64,000 bases of DNA from Octopus vulgaris (GCA_951406725.2 OX597817.1:88846001-88910000); one strand, 5' to 3'. Positions 13,941 to 28,373 are shown, counted from the stretch's first letter. Translations and numbers: made by a program. Notes: generated by a model not told the origin, from the letters alone.

Positions 13941-14689
13941 AATCAATTATCTACATATTCCTGTCTGAATATGTCTGAATGAAAAATGGTATGTTCACGA
14001 CTGGAACATTTTTTATCATAGATTTACTGAAAAAATGATGACTTGCGATGAATAACAACAACCAGCCAATCAACCATATTAAGTGATATATTCCAAGATA
14101 CACTATGTCTGAGAAAAGATAGAATGGTCATGATTGGAACATTTTTGATCATAGATTTTCTGGAAAAGTGATGACTTACGTTGAATAACAACAACCAGCT
14201 AATCAACATCATATTTGGTGATATATTCTGAGATGCTGAGATGCACTATGAAAAAAAAAAAAAAAGAAAAGGAAACGCGTGGTGGTTATTGATGGTTATG
14301 ATTCTGATCATAGGTCTGCCGGACGCTGGTTGGCCAGTGTTAAATATTAACGACAACCAACCGAACATATCAAAGTAGACGGCGTATGAATAAAACAGTA
14401 TGGTCACTGGCCTTAGTTGGAATGTCTTTGATCATAAGTATTTAGATGGAAGTTAACCTGGGATTAAACAACAGCAGTGTGTGTATCTGATCACACTTGA
14501 TACACCAACCGTTCTTGGTCTGATTCTCATCTTCAAACCCATCCTTTACTAATACACTGCAATCACTGTACTCATTTGATCCTTTGAGGCGTGGATTCTC
14601 CCGTCGTTGACGACAGATGAGGGCTCAGAAATTTTTTGCTGAACAACGGCATGATTACGGAAGTGGTTATTTGGTAGGAAGTTTTTTTC

Positions 14690-14829
14690 CCAATTACACG
14701 GTTTCGGGTTCATCCTCACTACATGACACCTTGGGTAAGTGACTTCTACTATAGCTCCGGGCTGATCAAAAGGCTTGTGAGTTGATTTGGTCCACAGAAA
14801 ATGTACCAAACTATAGTTATATATGTGCA

Positions 14830-14889
<60 letters not shown>

Positions 14890-15500
14890 CGCGTGTTTGT
14901 CTCCCAGCACCGCTTGACAACCGATGTTGGTTTGTTTACATCACTGTAACCCAGCGGTTTGGCAAGAGACCGATAGAATGAATACCAACATTAGAAATAA
15001 ACAAATATTGAGGTCAATTCATTCGACTAAAGCCATATGTGTGTGTGTGAGTGTGTGTATGTATGTGTGTGTGTGTGTGTGTGTGCGTGTGTGTATGTAT
15101 GTATGTGTGTGTGTGTGCGTGTGTGTATGTGTGTGTGTGTGTGTGTGCGTGTGTGTGTGTATGTGTGTGTGTGCATCTGTGCGTGTGTGTATGTATGTGT
15201 GTGTGTATGTGTGTGTGTGCATCTGTGATATTATAAACCTTTTGTTTCAGTCATTGGTCTGTGGATATACTGGACTGTCGCCTCCATGGGTTTGGTCGAA
15301 CAAACGAACTCCAGTACTCATTTTAAAGCCAGTTATAAAGCGGTTTCAGCGGGACAAACACAAACACACACACGATGGGCTTCTTTTAGTTTCCGTCTGA
15401 CGAATCCACTTACAAAGATTTAATCGACCCGGATCTATAGTTAAAGTAACTTCCTTAAGGTACCGAACAGTGGGACTGAACCCAAGATCACGCACTTGCG
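14690..15500. mobile_element. Two opposed octopus-type SINE copies with (CA/TG)n interiors
   Basis: Motifs cttgggtaagtg, cgcttgacaaccgatgttgg, and reverse cagtgggactgaaccc. Confidence 0.6.
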
Positions 15501-16939
15501 CCTATGCGTATGTATATGTGTGTAATACGAATACTTTTTTCTCGCATGGATAAGTTGTTGCTGCTTTTCATGCACATGCGCGCACTCTTTCTTTCCTTGT
15601 TGGTTCGATTGTTTTTTCTTTCTTTCTTTCCTTTTCTCTCTATCTCTCTCAAACACACATACACGCACACATACACACACGCCCGCGCGCCCGCACGTAC
15701 AGAGTATCTATAATATTGTACAGAGAATCAATAGTCAGATGATGAAGGGCAGCTCTTATGACTTATTTTCAGGACCTACGAAAATACTGAAAGCAATAGA
15801 AGTTAAACCTGAGACCAAGGGGTCATGTCTCTAATACTTTCAGCAGAGTGATCAAACACCGCTAAAAGCACGCAAGTGCCACGTGGTCAGGTTAAAACAG
15901 GCGGCAGATTAGGTATATCACTCAAGTGCACCTGAAGGTTAAGCTATGTCACCCATATCCTTCTGATATGTCTTTGATTAGCGACCTACTTACTTATGTC
16001 TGTCACCTGCAACATGACGCCCTCCTTGTACGTAGACGATTGTACACTTCTCTCCTCCTCCTCCTCCTCCTCCCCCTAGAAAAATATCGTGTTACACAAT
16101 GTAATCGTTACACAACAATCGTCTACCGAAACTTCTTTACATGCCAACAAGCCACAACCAAACCCTTCAAAATCATTGCAAATGCTGGCGCTCAAAACTT
16201 TCGGACAGTCTCCTCTATTATAAGAATAGGGTTTCCCTTAAGGACCAGGATATACTTAACTATTAATCTCTTACTGCTGACCTTCTACAAACTCAAGTAA
16301 GACTCACATTAGACTATTTCACTCATATCCGAAATAGTGTTTATGAAGGTTTCACAAAAATCCGTGGGTTATCTTCTCAGCAGGAATTGGAGGCGGGCTG
16401 AAGGATTCTGTTGCAGTTTAGTAGGAAGATAAGTTGTCTTCATAAATAATATAGCTTGGCAGGCATTGCAATTATTGATGAAATGAAATACTGCCAAGTT
16501 GGTGTTGCTTTTGTGGATTGAAGATAGAGTCCAGGTGCTAGGATTGCTACAGCTGGCTGCGGCAGGTGATATCCTGTCAAACTGTAGCTAGCCTTTATTG
16601 TTGTTTATCTCTAATGTTGCAGCTGTGGAAAAATTTGAGGTTATGGATGATTTGAGGTTATGACCTTCGGTTGTCTGGGGCAAGTAGTTGTGATTGCAAC
16701 AGTTATTGCTGTAGTACTTGCTGTCGCCGTAGTGTTTGTCGTTGCTCTTGTTGTTGTTGTTGTTCTATAACTCTAGATGTTCCGTGATGTATCAGACTTA
16801 ATGATTAAAAACGTCCCATTCCATAATCTCTGATTTATTTTTTTCAGTACACCATGTATCGAGGACTACATTATCTATATGTATCCTTCCTTCAATATGT
16901 TATTATTCAAAATGGTATTATCTAAGGGTGACTTAAGGA

Positions 16940-17832
16940 GGAGAGCTGGCAGAAACGTTAGCACGTCGGACTAAATACTTGGTAGCTTTTCTTCCGGCTT
17001 TCTTCGTTTTGAGGTCGACTTTGTCTTTCATCCTTTCGTTTTGAGGTCGACTTTGTCTTTCATCCTTTCGGGGTCGATGAAATAAACCCCTATCAAGTAC
17101 TGGGGTCGATGTAATCGACTAGACCCCATCTCCCATAAAATTTCAGGCCTTGTGCCTATATTGGTAAAGATTATTTAAGGATATTTTTTTTGGTTGTTAA
17201 TTCTAGCAGGTCAAGTGACAACTCAAAGCCTTAGTGGCTTGTGGAGGATGTAGTTGTTGATTAGTCCGAGAGCAACCCTGATCGAGCTGTCCTATGATCA
17301 AAGCAATCCCAGCCATGACTACTCATGACTTCTTTGTTTTAACTATTTTGCTTTTCCTTCCTTACGGTCTCATTCCCTCAATCTTCTTCATTATTCTCAC
17401 TCACATACTTCTTTATTATCCTTTCTTCTCTCTCTCTCTCTTCAGTATACTCTCTTTTTGCTCTGTCAAAACCTGCCTTCATCCTTTCATTTCATTTCTT
17501 AACATCTTCCCCATACAAAGCGATAACAGGCATGGAATTCGCTCACTTTCATCTCATTTCCTTACTCCTTATGCCTCCATTACTCTATCACATTAGCTTT
17601 CTAGTTTTCCCGTTCTAGTGCAGAGATGTATCTTTCTGTTTACCTCAAGTACTTTCTTACAGTATTACTTTTTCGTACTGTCTTCTCTCTCTCATACCTT
17701 TACTCGCCTGACTGACTAACACTTCCTGTGTGATTGTTTGGTTATTTCTCTCTTTCTTTTTCCAACTTCATTCCTCACTATATTTCATAGTCCGCTCGCC
17801 CGACTGCTTGTCTCATTGTCTAATTTCTGGTA

Positions 17833-17911
<79 letters not shown>

Positions 17912-20137
17912 CTCTCCTCTCTATTTATCTGTCTCATCCACCTCTATTTATTTTACTTTCATTCTCCCTATTCCACCTCCCTCAGCACAGCCATTCTTTC
18001 GCTTTCCTTTTCCTTTAACATGAAATAAATTTGGAAAACGACCAGCCAAAAAAAGTTGCTTGTGACTTGGTCCTTTGAAAGGCTAAGGTCGACTTAGCTT
18101 TTCATCCTTGTGATTGTGTATTTATACAATTACTCTATAAGCCATATATTTATACAATATACTACACATATCATATATCATATCCAAGTTATGCCCTATA
18201 TCACATATGATATACTGTTATACTCTATGTAACATACAAGTTGTACTATATATTATATGCAATTTGTTCAAACGGCGAGCTTGCAGAGTCACTAAGTCGT
18301 CGGCCAAAATGCAGATCGGTATTTCTTCCGACTTATGTTCTGAGTTCAAATTCCGCTCAGGTTAAATTTGTTTTTCATCTTCATGGGGTCGATAAAATAA
18401 GTATTAGTTCAGCACTAGGGTCAATGTAATCGACTTACCGCCTCCCCTAAAATTGCTGGTCTTGCGCCAAAATTTGAAACTATTATATAGTCTGTTATCA
18501 CAAAGCATTGAAACATTATATAATGGCAACATTATATAATATAGTAGTTAAAAGCCTGTCGGAATAAATAACGTGATGGTCAGCGTTGAGGCGACTTTCA
18601 TCATAGTTCTGTCTACATGACCAGGGCTGACCTTCAGTTAGACATCATCATCATCATCATAATCATCAACAATAATAACAAAGCAGTAAATAACCCAAGC
18701 TTTTGGTGTTTTTTTTTTACTGCCTTTCAAACACGACTGCGTCTATGCTGGAACACTTGTTTCGAAGGTTTTCGTCGATAATATCGATTTAAGACTTATT
18801 TGAGTCTAATAGTCAATCGATTTCTATTTATCAGAAAGTTACGTTCAACTATTGAGTTACATTCTTTTTTAGAGTTATCTCCCTTTAGTGACGCAAACGG
18901 ATGAAGGTATTTGCGCAGAGTTACACTGATATAAACAAACACCAACACACTAATGCCAATGCCTGTTTATCAAATATAGAAAGACATCTTCTTCTTCTTC
19001 TTCTTCTTCTTCTTCTTCTTCTTCTTCTTCTTCTTCTTCTTCTTCTTCTTCTTCTTCTTCTTCTTCTTCTTCTTCTTCTTCTTCTTCTTCTTCTTCTTCT
19101 TCTTCTTCTTCTATTATCATTATTATTCGTATTAAGGCGGCAAGCTAGCAGAATCGTTAGCACGCCGAACAAAATGCTAAGCAGCATTTGATCCGGTTTT
19201 ACGTTCTAATTTCAAATTCTGCCGAGGGATCGATAAAACAAATACCAGCTGATTGCTGACGTCGATGTAATCGACTTAGCCCTCTCACGAATTTGTTGGC
19301 TTTGTGCCACTAAGGTCGACTTAGCCTTTCATCCCATCAGAGTCGATAAAATAAGTACCAGTTGGACACTGCGGTCAATTTATCCTCTCCCTTGAAATTG
19401 CTGGCCACGTGCTAAATTGTGAAACCATTATTATTTAGTTTAGGATTGATCTGTTGAAAATCAAGCAAAATGGAGAGAGATTGGTAAAACTGGTGGAAAT
19501 GGTAAACAAAATATTGGTAGAATTGGTAGAGTGACGGCGGGTTGGCAGAAATGTTTGCACGCCGGGCGAAATGCTTAGCGGTATTTCGACTGCGTTACGT
19601 TGTGAGTTCAAATTCCGCCGAGGTCGACTTTGCCTTTCATCCTTTCGGGGTCGATAAATTAAGTACCAGTTACGCACTGGGGTCGATGTAATCGACTTAA
19701 TACCTATGTCTATCCTTGTTTGTCCCCTCTGTGTTTAGCCCCTTGTGGGTAATAAAGAAATAGAAATAGGTATTTCGACTGCCGTTACGTTCTGAGTTCA
19801 ATTTCCGCAGAGGTCGACTTAGCTTTTTATCCTTTCGGGGTCGATTAAATAAGTACCAGTTACGCACTGGGGTCGATATAATCTACTTAATCCGTCTGTC
19901 TGTCCTTGTTTGTCCTCTCTGGTTTAGCCCCTTGTGGGTAGTAAAGAAATAGGTATTTCGTCTGCCGCTACGTTCTGAGTTCAAATTCTGCCGAGGTCGA
20001 CTTAGCTTTTTATCCTTTCGGGGTCGATTAAATAAGTACCAGTTACGCACTGGGGTCGATATAATCGACTTAATCCCTTTGTCTGTCCTTGTTTGTCCCC
20101 TCTATGATTAGCTCCTTGTGCGCAGTAATGAAATAAG
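16940..20137 (+). mobile_element. Cluster of tRNA-derived SINEs (16940-17175, 18272-18480, 19135-19430, tandemly iterated 19533-20137)
   Basis: Recurrent gagctggcagaaacgttagc, gagttcaaattccgccgaggtcgactttgcctttcatcctttcggggtcg, gtaccagttacgcactggggtcg. Confidence 0.85.
18987..19111. repeat. (CTT)n microsatellite
   Basis: About 41 perfect units. Confidence 0.95.
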
Positions 20138-20239
20138 GATTGGTAGAGTAACGCACAAATTGATAAAAACATATCTGCCAATCAGTCATAAGCAACTTGT
20201 ACGTTTGTATATCAGAGACTCAGGGCTGGATAAGATTTA

Positions 20240-20643
20240 GGTGCCCCCACCGTCACCCGTAATGCACAGGAGAGAAAAGCCAATAAGTACAGAGTCGTGG
20301 CCGGCCGCTATCACTTTGTGCCAGTCGCTCTCGAGACGTCAAGTGTTCTAGGATCCCGTACTACCGATTTCCTCCGCAAAATATGGACAACGGCGATCAG
20401 TCGGGGAAAGGAGACACCGCTAGTGACTGCTCCAGCGAGAGTCGCTGACATTCTCCGCAGCAACATCATTGCAGTTATTACCCCCGGGGCGCGGCTGAGC
20501 ACGCTGTTTGTCCTTGGATATGTGGTCCATCGCTCCTCCCCCTCCATCTTCCGCTACTTTACCAACTCACCTTTTTTTTACTTTCTTATATCTCCTCTTT
20601 CCTGTCTTTTTTTATTTAAATGTTCTAATAAGATAAAGATTTC

Positions 20644-20710
<67 letters not shown>
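20240..20710 (+). mobile_element. 3' fragment of a CRE-like non-LTR retrotransposon (restriction-like endonuclease) with (TTA)n tail
   Basis: ERKANKYR...YHFVPVALETSSVLGSRTTDFLRKI...ILRSN motif; (TTA)n tail at 20645-20710. Confidence 0.65.
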
Positions 20711-20711
<1 letters not shown>

Positions 20712-21226
20712 AAACAATAACAAACCATAAAATTGTATTTTCCAAAACGGAACAAAAATAACAGTCAGATGGAAAATAATGTTTATTTATTTTTTTGTAT
20801 ACTTCCACTATTTATATTTGAAAAGTTTTCTTCTGTTTTTCAGTTGCAGAAACTTTCATCAAATCATGACTATGACGTCATGAACACTTCAAAGTTATAT
20901 TTCCGATCATATAAACCGCTTAGAATATTATTTTAGCAAGTTTAAAGTGATTACTTTTGTGCCGTGAACCATTTACTATTTCTGTGGCTCCCCCACTTCC
21001 CTTGATGTTCTAGTTTAATCCAGCGCTACAATATTTCTTCTATTTTTTAAGATATTAAAATATGATTTGAGGCGATTTGGCTGCTGTTTCTAGCAGGATA
21101 GCCTACTGCCTAGAAGCTTTCTATTGCCTTAAGGTGATCCCTTGTTTGTTCTTTTACTAGTTCCAGTCATTTTGGCTGCGGCTATACTGGAGCATCACCT
21201 TAAAGAGTTTTGATTGAAGAAAATCG

Positions 21227-21514
21227 GGATCTTTTCCTTTTGATGGACGGAATTTCTAGTTAACTAAACAATTTGAAACTTCGTATACTGGTAGAATGTG
21301 TCAAAAGAAAACATTATTTTCACTTGGCTTTTTTGAGAAAATTGTAATTTGTAAGTTTAACGTAGTTTAATTCTTCGAATTTTAACCAATGCCAGCATTT
21401 GAGCTCAAATCATTTTCTGCGTTATCGATATTGATAAACAAACGGAGACGCACGCCGCATACACACACACACACACACACACACATATATTCAGATACAT
21501 ACACACGCACACTT

Positions 21515-21579
<65 letters not shown>

Positions 21580-22242
21580 CTCTCTCTCTTACTCTCTCTC
21601 TCTCTCTCTCTTTCAAACACATGCATATACATTTGCACAAGCACATAGTAATTAATATATAAGCGTACACGCACATACAAACGGAGATATGCATACACAC
21701 ACAAGCATATATATACACGTTCGTGAGTTCGCACTGGTGTCGATAGAATCGACTTAATACTTTTGTATCTCATGCTTTGTCCCCTCTGTGTTTTGTCCCT
21801 TGCAAAAAAGGTAAATAAACCAGAAGGGGGGGGGGGGGCAATGTTTAATCGTTTCGGGGTCGATAAATTAAGTACCAATTACGCACTGGTGTCGAGGATC
21901 TTTTTCCCAATTTATATCACAGCCTCCGACAAGCTGGGGCATCCTTTTATGAAAAAATATTTCGCAAATTTTTACAATACGACCCACACTCCACGCGCAC
22001 CCTCTAGACCGATTTAGGCATATTATTGTTTTGTTTTTGTTGTTTTTGGCCCTTCAAAACCACGAGAGAAGCCTTTTCGGTAAAAAAAAATAAAGAAAAT
22101 ATTAAAAAAATATCGTTAATATTTTTATTGGGCGACGATATTCATCGATTTAAGAGATATGGCTGTTATTTCTAGCACATGCATCCTCCTTTGTTTATCA
22201 ATATCGATGAGCGAGACAGACAGAAGAGAGAAGGATGAATAA

Positions 22243-22274
<32 letters not shown>

Positions 22275-22626
22275 ATGGTTACGTTGCAACAGGATGTTGT
22301 CTGAGTTTTTAGACGCAGCAAATGATTTGAGCTTAAATGCTGGCATTTCATTGGTTAAAATTCGAAGTATACGAAGTTTCAAATTGTTTAGTTAACTAGA
22401 AATTCCGTCCATCAAAAGGAAAAGATCCTATATGGATCTTTGAGCTCAAATGCTGGCATTTCATTGGTTAAAATTCGAAGAATTAAACTACGTTAAACTT
22501 ACAAATTACAATTTTCTCAAAAAAGCCAAGTGAAAATAATGTTTTCTTTTGACACATTCTACCAGTATACGAAGTTTCAAATTGTTTAGTTAACTAGAAA
22601 TTCCGTCCATCAAAAGGAAAAGATCC
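21227..22626. mobile_element. Non-autonomous Merlin-like DNA transposon inserted in a SINE
   Basis: ~185-bp TIRs starting GGATC; exact 8-bp TSD GAAAATCG (21219-21226, 22627-22634); SINE halves flank it; extra deleted TIR copy at 22320-22427. Confidence 0.75.
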
Positions 22627-23146
22627 GAAAATCGACCTCAGGACTTATTCATTGTAAGCCTAGTTCTATCGGCCTCTTTGCCGAACCACTAAGTTACAGG
22701 GGCATAAACACACCAGCACCGGTTGTCAAGCGACGGTGAAGGAGACAATCACATACAAACACACACATACACACACACACACACACCTAAAATTTAGGTT
22801 TTATTTCCAGTAGGTGGGAAGATCAGTAAAGGTCACTGTCATTTATTTACCTTATCAGTCCGCAAGGGTTACGAAAGGTCACAGTCACTGACCTCAGCTC
22901 CTTTCTTTCGGAGATTAGAAAAGCTGACAGTCACTGACCTCCAGAGTCTGTAAGGGTCGATAAAGATCATGTTACTGCCCTTCCCATTCTGGGAGAGTCA
23001 GTAAAAATCGCCATCATCAACTCTCTGTGTCTGATTCTCCACACTTTCCCTCCCATTCCTCAGTAGACATTTACATACAAACAGCCTGTCCTCACATACA
23101 TACTCACGCATACACATACATACACATACACATTCATACGCATGCA

Positions 23147-23247
<101 letters not shown>

Positions 23248-23288
23248 GTCTGTCTATCTGTCTGTCCGTCCGTCCGTCCGTCCTTCCG

Positions 23289-23345
<57 letters not shown>

Positions 23346-23367
23346 TAATAGATATATATATCTATTA

Positions 23368-23730
23368 AGGCTGCGAGCTGGCAGAAACGTTAGCACGCCG
23401 GGTGAAATGCGTAGTCGTATTTCGTCTGCCGTTACGTTGTGAGTTCAAATTCCGCCGAGGTCGACAAATTAAGTACCAGTTACGCCCTGGGGTCGATGTA
23501 ATCGACTTAATACCTATGTCTGTCCTTGTTTGTCCCCTCTATGTTTAGCCTCTTGTGGGTAATAAAGAAAGAGGTATATTTCGCCTGTCTTTACTTTCTG
23601 AGTTCAAATTCCGCCGAGGTCTACTTTGCCTTTCATCTTTTCGGAATCGATAAATTAGCTGCGTACTGGAGTCAATCTAATCGACTGGATTCCTCCCACC
23701 AAAATTTCGGGCCTTGTGCCTAGAGCAGAA
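23368..23730 (+). mobile_element. tRNA-derived SINE
   Basis: gcgagctggcagaaacgttagcacgccgg...gagttcaaattccgccgaggtcgac. Confidence 0.85.
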
Positions 23731-23770
<40 letters not shown>

Positions 23771-23771
<1 letters not shown>

Positions 23772-23997
23772 TTTATTTTAAGCAGCAGAAAATTCAACAA
23801 AATCTGTTACTCTGAGTTTCTCGTTGCCGTTCATCAGACAGTTTTTGCTAGCAAAAACTGTCTGATGAACGGCAACGAGAAACTCAGAGTAACAGATTTT
23901 GTTGAATTTTCTGCTGCTTAAAATAAAGCATATTACTCTACCACTGGTATTTGAGTACTCTTTTTTCCACCTTGTTTCACATTTATGTGTTTACTCC

Positions 23998-24000
<3 letters not shown>
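23771..24000 (+). mobile_element. Fold-back mini-Penelope element with minimal type I HHR in both arms (23858-23895 +, 23804-23841 -)
   Basis: ctgt-CTGATGA-acggcaacga-GAAAC-tcaga-GTA-acag; perfect ~80-bp arms centred at 23849/50; (TA)n flanks. Confidence 0.85.
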
Positions 24001-24038
<38 letters not shown>

Positions 24039-24402
24039 GCAAACAAGATACTTCTTCACACACTCACAGAACACTCACACATACTATATAAAACACCACA
24101 CACATACCTACACAAACATACATATATAGAAATAGTCATATAAAAATACACAAAAAAAATATCTCCACACACTCGCGCGCGCGGAGAGCAAGGTTGTGTT
24201 CCAGCATGGCCAGAATTGAGTGGCAAAACCAAAGGAAAAACAAAAGTTCCTCACGCGTACAGATATAGAATGCAAACCACACTTGCACCCACACACACAC
24301 ACACCAACACACAGAGATACAGATACACAACAGAAACCATCTATTCACATTCACAGATGCACATGCACACACTTTATACGTACCGATGTACAACACAAAC
24401 CT

Positions 24403-24453
<51 letters not shown>

Positions 24454-24605
24454 ACACACACACAGACATAGATTAAATGCACATAAAGAACATGCTTACA
24501 TATATATAAACACTAACAACAACGACTCGCACAAACACACATACGTTGTTAAGCAAACGCTTATACACACAACACAGACTGCTTCACAATAACACTATGT
24601 ATAAT

Positions 24606-24654
<49 letters not shown>

Positions 24655-25231
24655 CGTATGTGTGTGTGTGTGTGTATAAGCGTTTGCTTAACAACGTCTG
24701 TGTGTTTGTGCGAGTCGTGTGTGTATATATATATATGTATATATATATACACACACACATATATATACATACACACATATACATATATGCATGTCTGTGT
24801 CAATGTTTGTGTGTGTGTGTGTGTGTGTACGCTGCTGTGTATATTTATATGTGTAAGAGTTATCATTATTGTTTAGTTTCCGGTCTGATTCGGAAGCTCT
24901 ACGATCAAAGGCTTTCCAATTGTGACCATCCATTTTTTTTTATTAGTAAGGAATCCATGACCACATTATCGAAAATATCCTCCGTTTCTAAGACGAGGGA
25001 GATTGGCTGTTATTTTTAGCATGCTGTGCGTCCACTTGGAAGCAACCATACATGTGTGCTATTCGTGAATGTGAGTGTATATATATGTATATGTGTGTGT
25101 ATGCGAACACATATATGCACATACATATATACATACATATACATATATATATATATACCACATGCACACACGCTCAGATATAGATGCACATTTATATATA
25201 TACATACATACATACATATACATATATATGT

Positions 25232-25280
<49 letters not shown>

Positions 25281-25282
<2 letters not shown>

Positions 25283-25509
25283 GGAGTAAACACATAAATG
25301 TGAAACAAGGTGGAAAAAAGAGTACTCAAATACCAGTGGTAGAGTAATATGCTTTATTTTAAGCAGCAGAAAATTCAACAAAATCTGTTACTCCGAGTTT
25401 CTCGTTGCCGTTCATCAGACAGTTTTTGCTAGAAAAAACTGTCTGATGAACGGCAACGAGAAACTCGGAGTAACAGATTTTGTTGAATTTTCTGCTGCTT
25501 AAAATAAAG
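25281..25509 (-). mobile_element. Second, inverted copy of the 23771-24000 HHR fold-back element
   Basis: Near-identical reverse complement; HHRs at 25385-25422 (-) and 25439-25476 (+), stem III actcggagt; (TA)n flanks. Confidence 0.85.
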
Positions 25510-25927
25510 TATATATATATATATGCACGCATTCATACGCACATATACGTACAGACACACATATGTATACACACACATACATCCAGACACACATACACAC
25601 GCACTATATGTCTACTGTTCTACCGTGCTAGAATCCTGACGTGAAATTCTGTCAGGCTGACAACGGGTTTGTCACACCCTCTTAAAGGGCTGTACTTACT
25701 ACAACAAGAATCTGGCATCTGTATAATTACTCTGCATCCCCGTCCACTACTCTTTCTATTTCTCCCTCCCCTAGTTCTTTTTTAGTTTAATAGTAATCTC
25801 CTCCTTCTCCTCTTTTTTCTCATCCTCCTCTTTCTCATTTTGCTTCTCTTTGCTGTTTGTAAGCAGAGGAGAAGGGGAAAATAAGCCGTTAAATGGTGAT
25901 TGTGTGTGTGAGTGGAAAACAGAGTGA

Positions 25928-25968
<41 letters not shown>

Positions 25969-26226
25969 CGAGACCGAGAGAGAGAAAGAAAGAGAGACAG
26001 ACAGACAAAGAAAGTGAACAAAATATAGAGAGGGAAAGGAGAGAGAGAGAGAGAGAGAATGTGAACGAGTGAGAGTGAGAGGCTGAGAACCTGAGAGTTA
26101 CAGAGAAAGAACAATAAAGTAAGAGAAGAATAGCGAGAGAGAAAGTGAGATGGAGAGCTAGAGAGACAACGAGAGAGAGAGAGAGAGAGAGAGTAGAGAG
26201 GGAGAGAAAGATACCATATATATACA

Positions 26227-26272
<46 letters not shown>

Positions 26273-26744
26273 AAGAGAGAAAGATATATAGGGAAAGAGC
26301 GAGAGAGAGAGCGAAAGAGGGGAGGGAGAGAGATAGAGAGCATGAAAGATAGCTATTCAGACATCTACCTCACCTCAGTCTTTATTTTTCGATAAATGTA
26401 CATTCGTTTCTGCCCTAAGCACAAGGTCCGAAATTTAGTGGGGAGGAGGCCAGTCGATTAGATCGACCCCAAACGTAACTGATACTTAATTTATCGATCC
26501 TGAAAGGATGAAAGGCAAAGTCGACTTCGGAATTTGAACTCAAAACGTAAAGATGATCTGTTCGACTAAAATCTCTTTAAAGGAGGTGCTCCAGCATAGC
26601 CGCAGACTATTGACTGAAACAAGTAAAAGGCAATAGATAAAAGATTATATATTCTTTTATTCTTTTACTTGTTTCAGTCATTTGCAGCGGCCATGCTGGA
26701 GCAAAATATATGTGTGTGTGTGTGTGTGTAACCAGCTACATAGC

Positions 26745-28021
26745 TACATTGAGTTATTTTTTTCAGCTCAAATTATTTTAATTTTAAAAATTATCAAATG
26801 ATATATTTAATTGAAATTTAACCATCACTGTACTTTTCCTGAATATCTATGACTTCCTTCCATCTACAAGCTTTTTAATCCCATCAATGTAAAAACTCTT
26901 TTGGTTTCAAAGCGAAGAACTCTGAAATGTCAGTTTCGACCTCCTCCTGGCTTGCGAAAATTATCTCCCCCAAATGATTCTGTAAACTACGAAACAAATG
27001 GTAGTCTGAAGGAGCAAGGTCGGGAGAATAAGGTGGATGAGGAATTTTTTCCTAACCAAGCTCTTCGATCTTTTGTGATGTGATCTTTGCAGTGTGGGCT
27101 CGCGCATTGTCCTGATAAGACATCACTCCTTTTCGATTCACTAAAGCGGGTCTTTTTTCTCCAAAGCTTGGTTCAGACACTCCAATTGCTGATAGTAGAC
27201 TTGAGCATTGATTGTTGCATTAGGTGGTAACAATTCAAAGTGAAGTACTCCTTTGCAATCCCACCTGATAGAGAGAAGAACCTCTTTTCTATGAAGTTCC
27301 CTTCTCGGTTGTGGTTGAGCTTTTCCCCTTTTACCAAGCCACTGTTTGCGACGTTTAACATTTCGATAGAAGATCCATTTTTCGTCACCAGTCACAAGTC
27401 TATCCGAAAAGGGTGAAATGAGTTCGAGAGAATGGAGAGAAAAGCTAATGTCAACTCGGGATTTGCGGTTGCTTTCGGACAATTTACGAGGCACCCATTT
27501 TCCAAGTTTAGGAACCTTTCCAAGTTGTTGAAGATGACGATGAACAGTTGTCTGGTTTGAACTAAGCTTTATTGCCAATTCTTCAACTGATAATGCAGGA
27601 TTTTCTTCAAGTAATGCCTCAAGGAGCTTATCATCAAACTCAACTGGACGTCTGTTTGATCTTCATTTTCAAGGCTGAAGTCTCCACTTCTAAATTTTGC
27701 AAACCATCTTCTGCAAGGTCTTTCATTCAAGCATTCTTTCTCATAAACCGAATGTATGTTTCGAGTCGCTTCGGCTGCAGAGTTTCCTTTTTTATACTCA
27801 TAAAGCATTATGTGCCTCAAATGCTCTTTGGATACTTCCATGTTAGAAAGGGTTTTAATCAAAGAAATTTTAATTCTATTATTCTGTAAAATAATATTTA
27901 ATTAGTTTAAATGTACACAAATGCATAAAAATAATTTTTAATTCCAATAGACATTCTAAAATACTATTAAATTTCATTCAATTTTGAAAAAGGTAAAATC
28001 GGACAGAACTTATGGGATGAC

Positions 28022-28024
<3 letters not shown>
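26745..28024 (-). pseudogene. Decayed mariner transposon (frameshifted transposase)
   Basis: MEVSKEHLRHIMLYEYKKG...RRWFAKFRSGDFSLE, GKWVP, LVTGDEKWIFY; terminal sequence tcaggtcatcccataagttc next to (TA)n. Confidence 0.9.
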
Positions 28025-28073
<49 letters not shown>

Positions 28074-28114
28074 TGTGCACATATTTTGTTTGTATCAGCA
28101 AACCCATATGTGAA

Positions 28115-28373
28115 TACCGTGGCACTCTGTCGGTTACGACGACGACGGTTCCAGTTGATCCGATCAACGGAACAGCCTGCTTGTGAAATTTACGTGCAAG
28201 TAGCTGAGCACTCCGCAGATACGTGTACCCTTAACGTAGTTCTCCGGGAGATTCAGCATGACACAGTGTGACAAGGGTGGGCTTTTGAAATACAGGTACA
28301 CCCAGTCTGGGAATCGAAACCGTGATCCCACGACCGCGAGTCCGCTGCTCTAACCACTGGGCCATTGCGCCTC
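28115..28373 (-). mobile_element. tRNA-derived SINE (second family)
   Basis: Head ggaggcgcaatggcccagtggttagagcagc...gtttcgattccc with A/B boxes; related copy at 55882-56120 (+). Confidence 0.7.

Noticed and set aside
13985-14232. ~130-bp diverged tandem duplication
   Set aside because: Made of a common small repeat fragment; no further structure
28300-28373. tRNA gene
   Set aside because: A/B boxes present but it continues into a SINE body and lacks a clean cloverleaf
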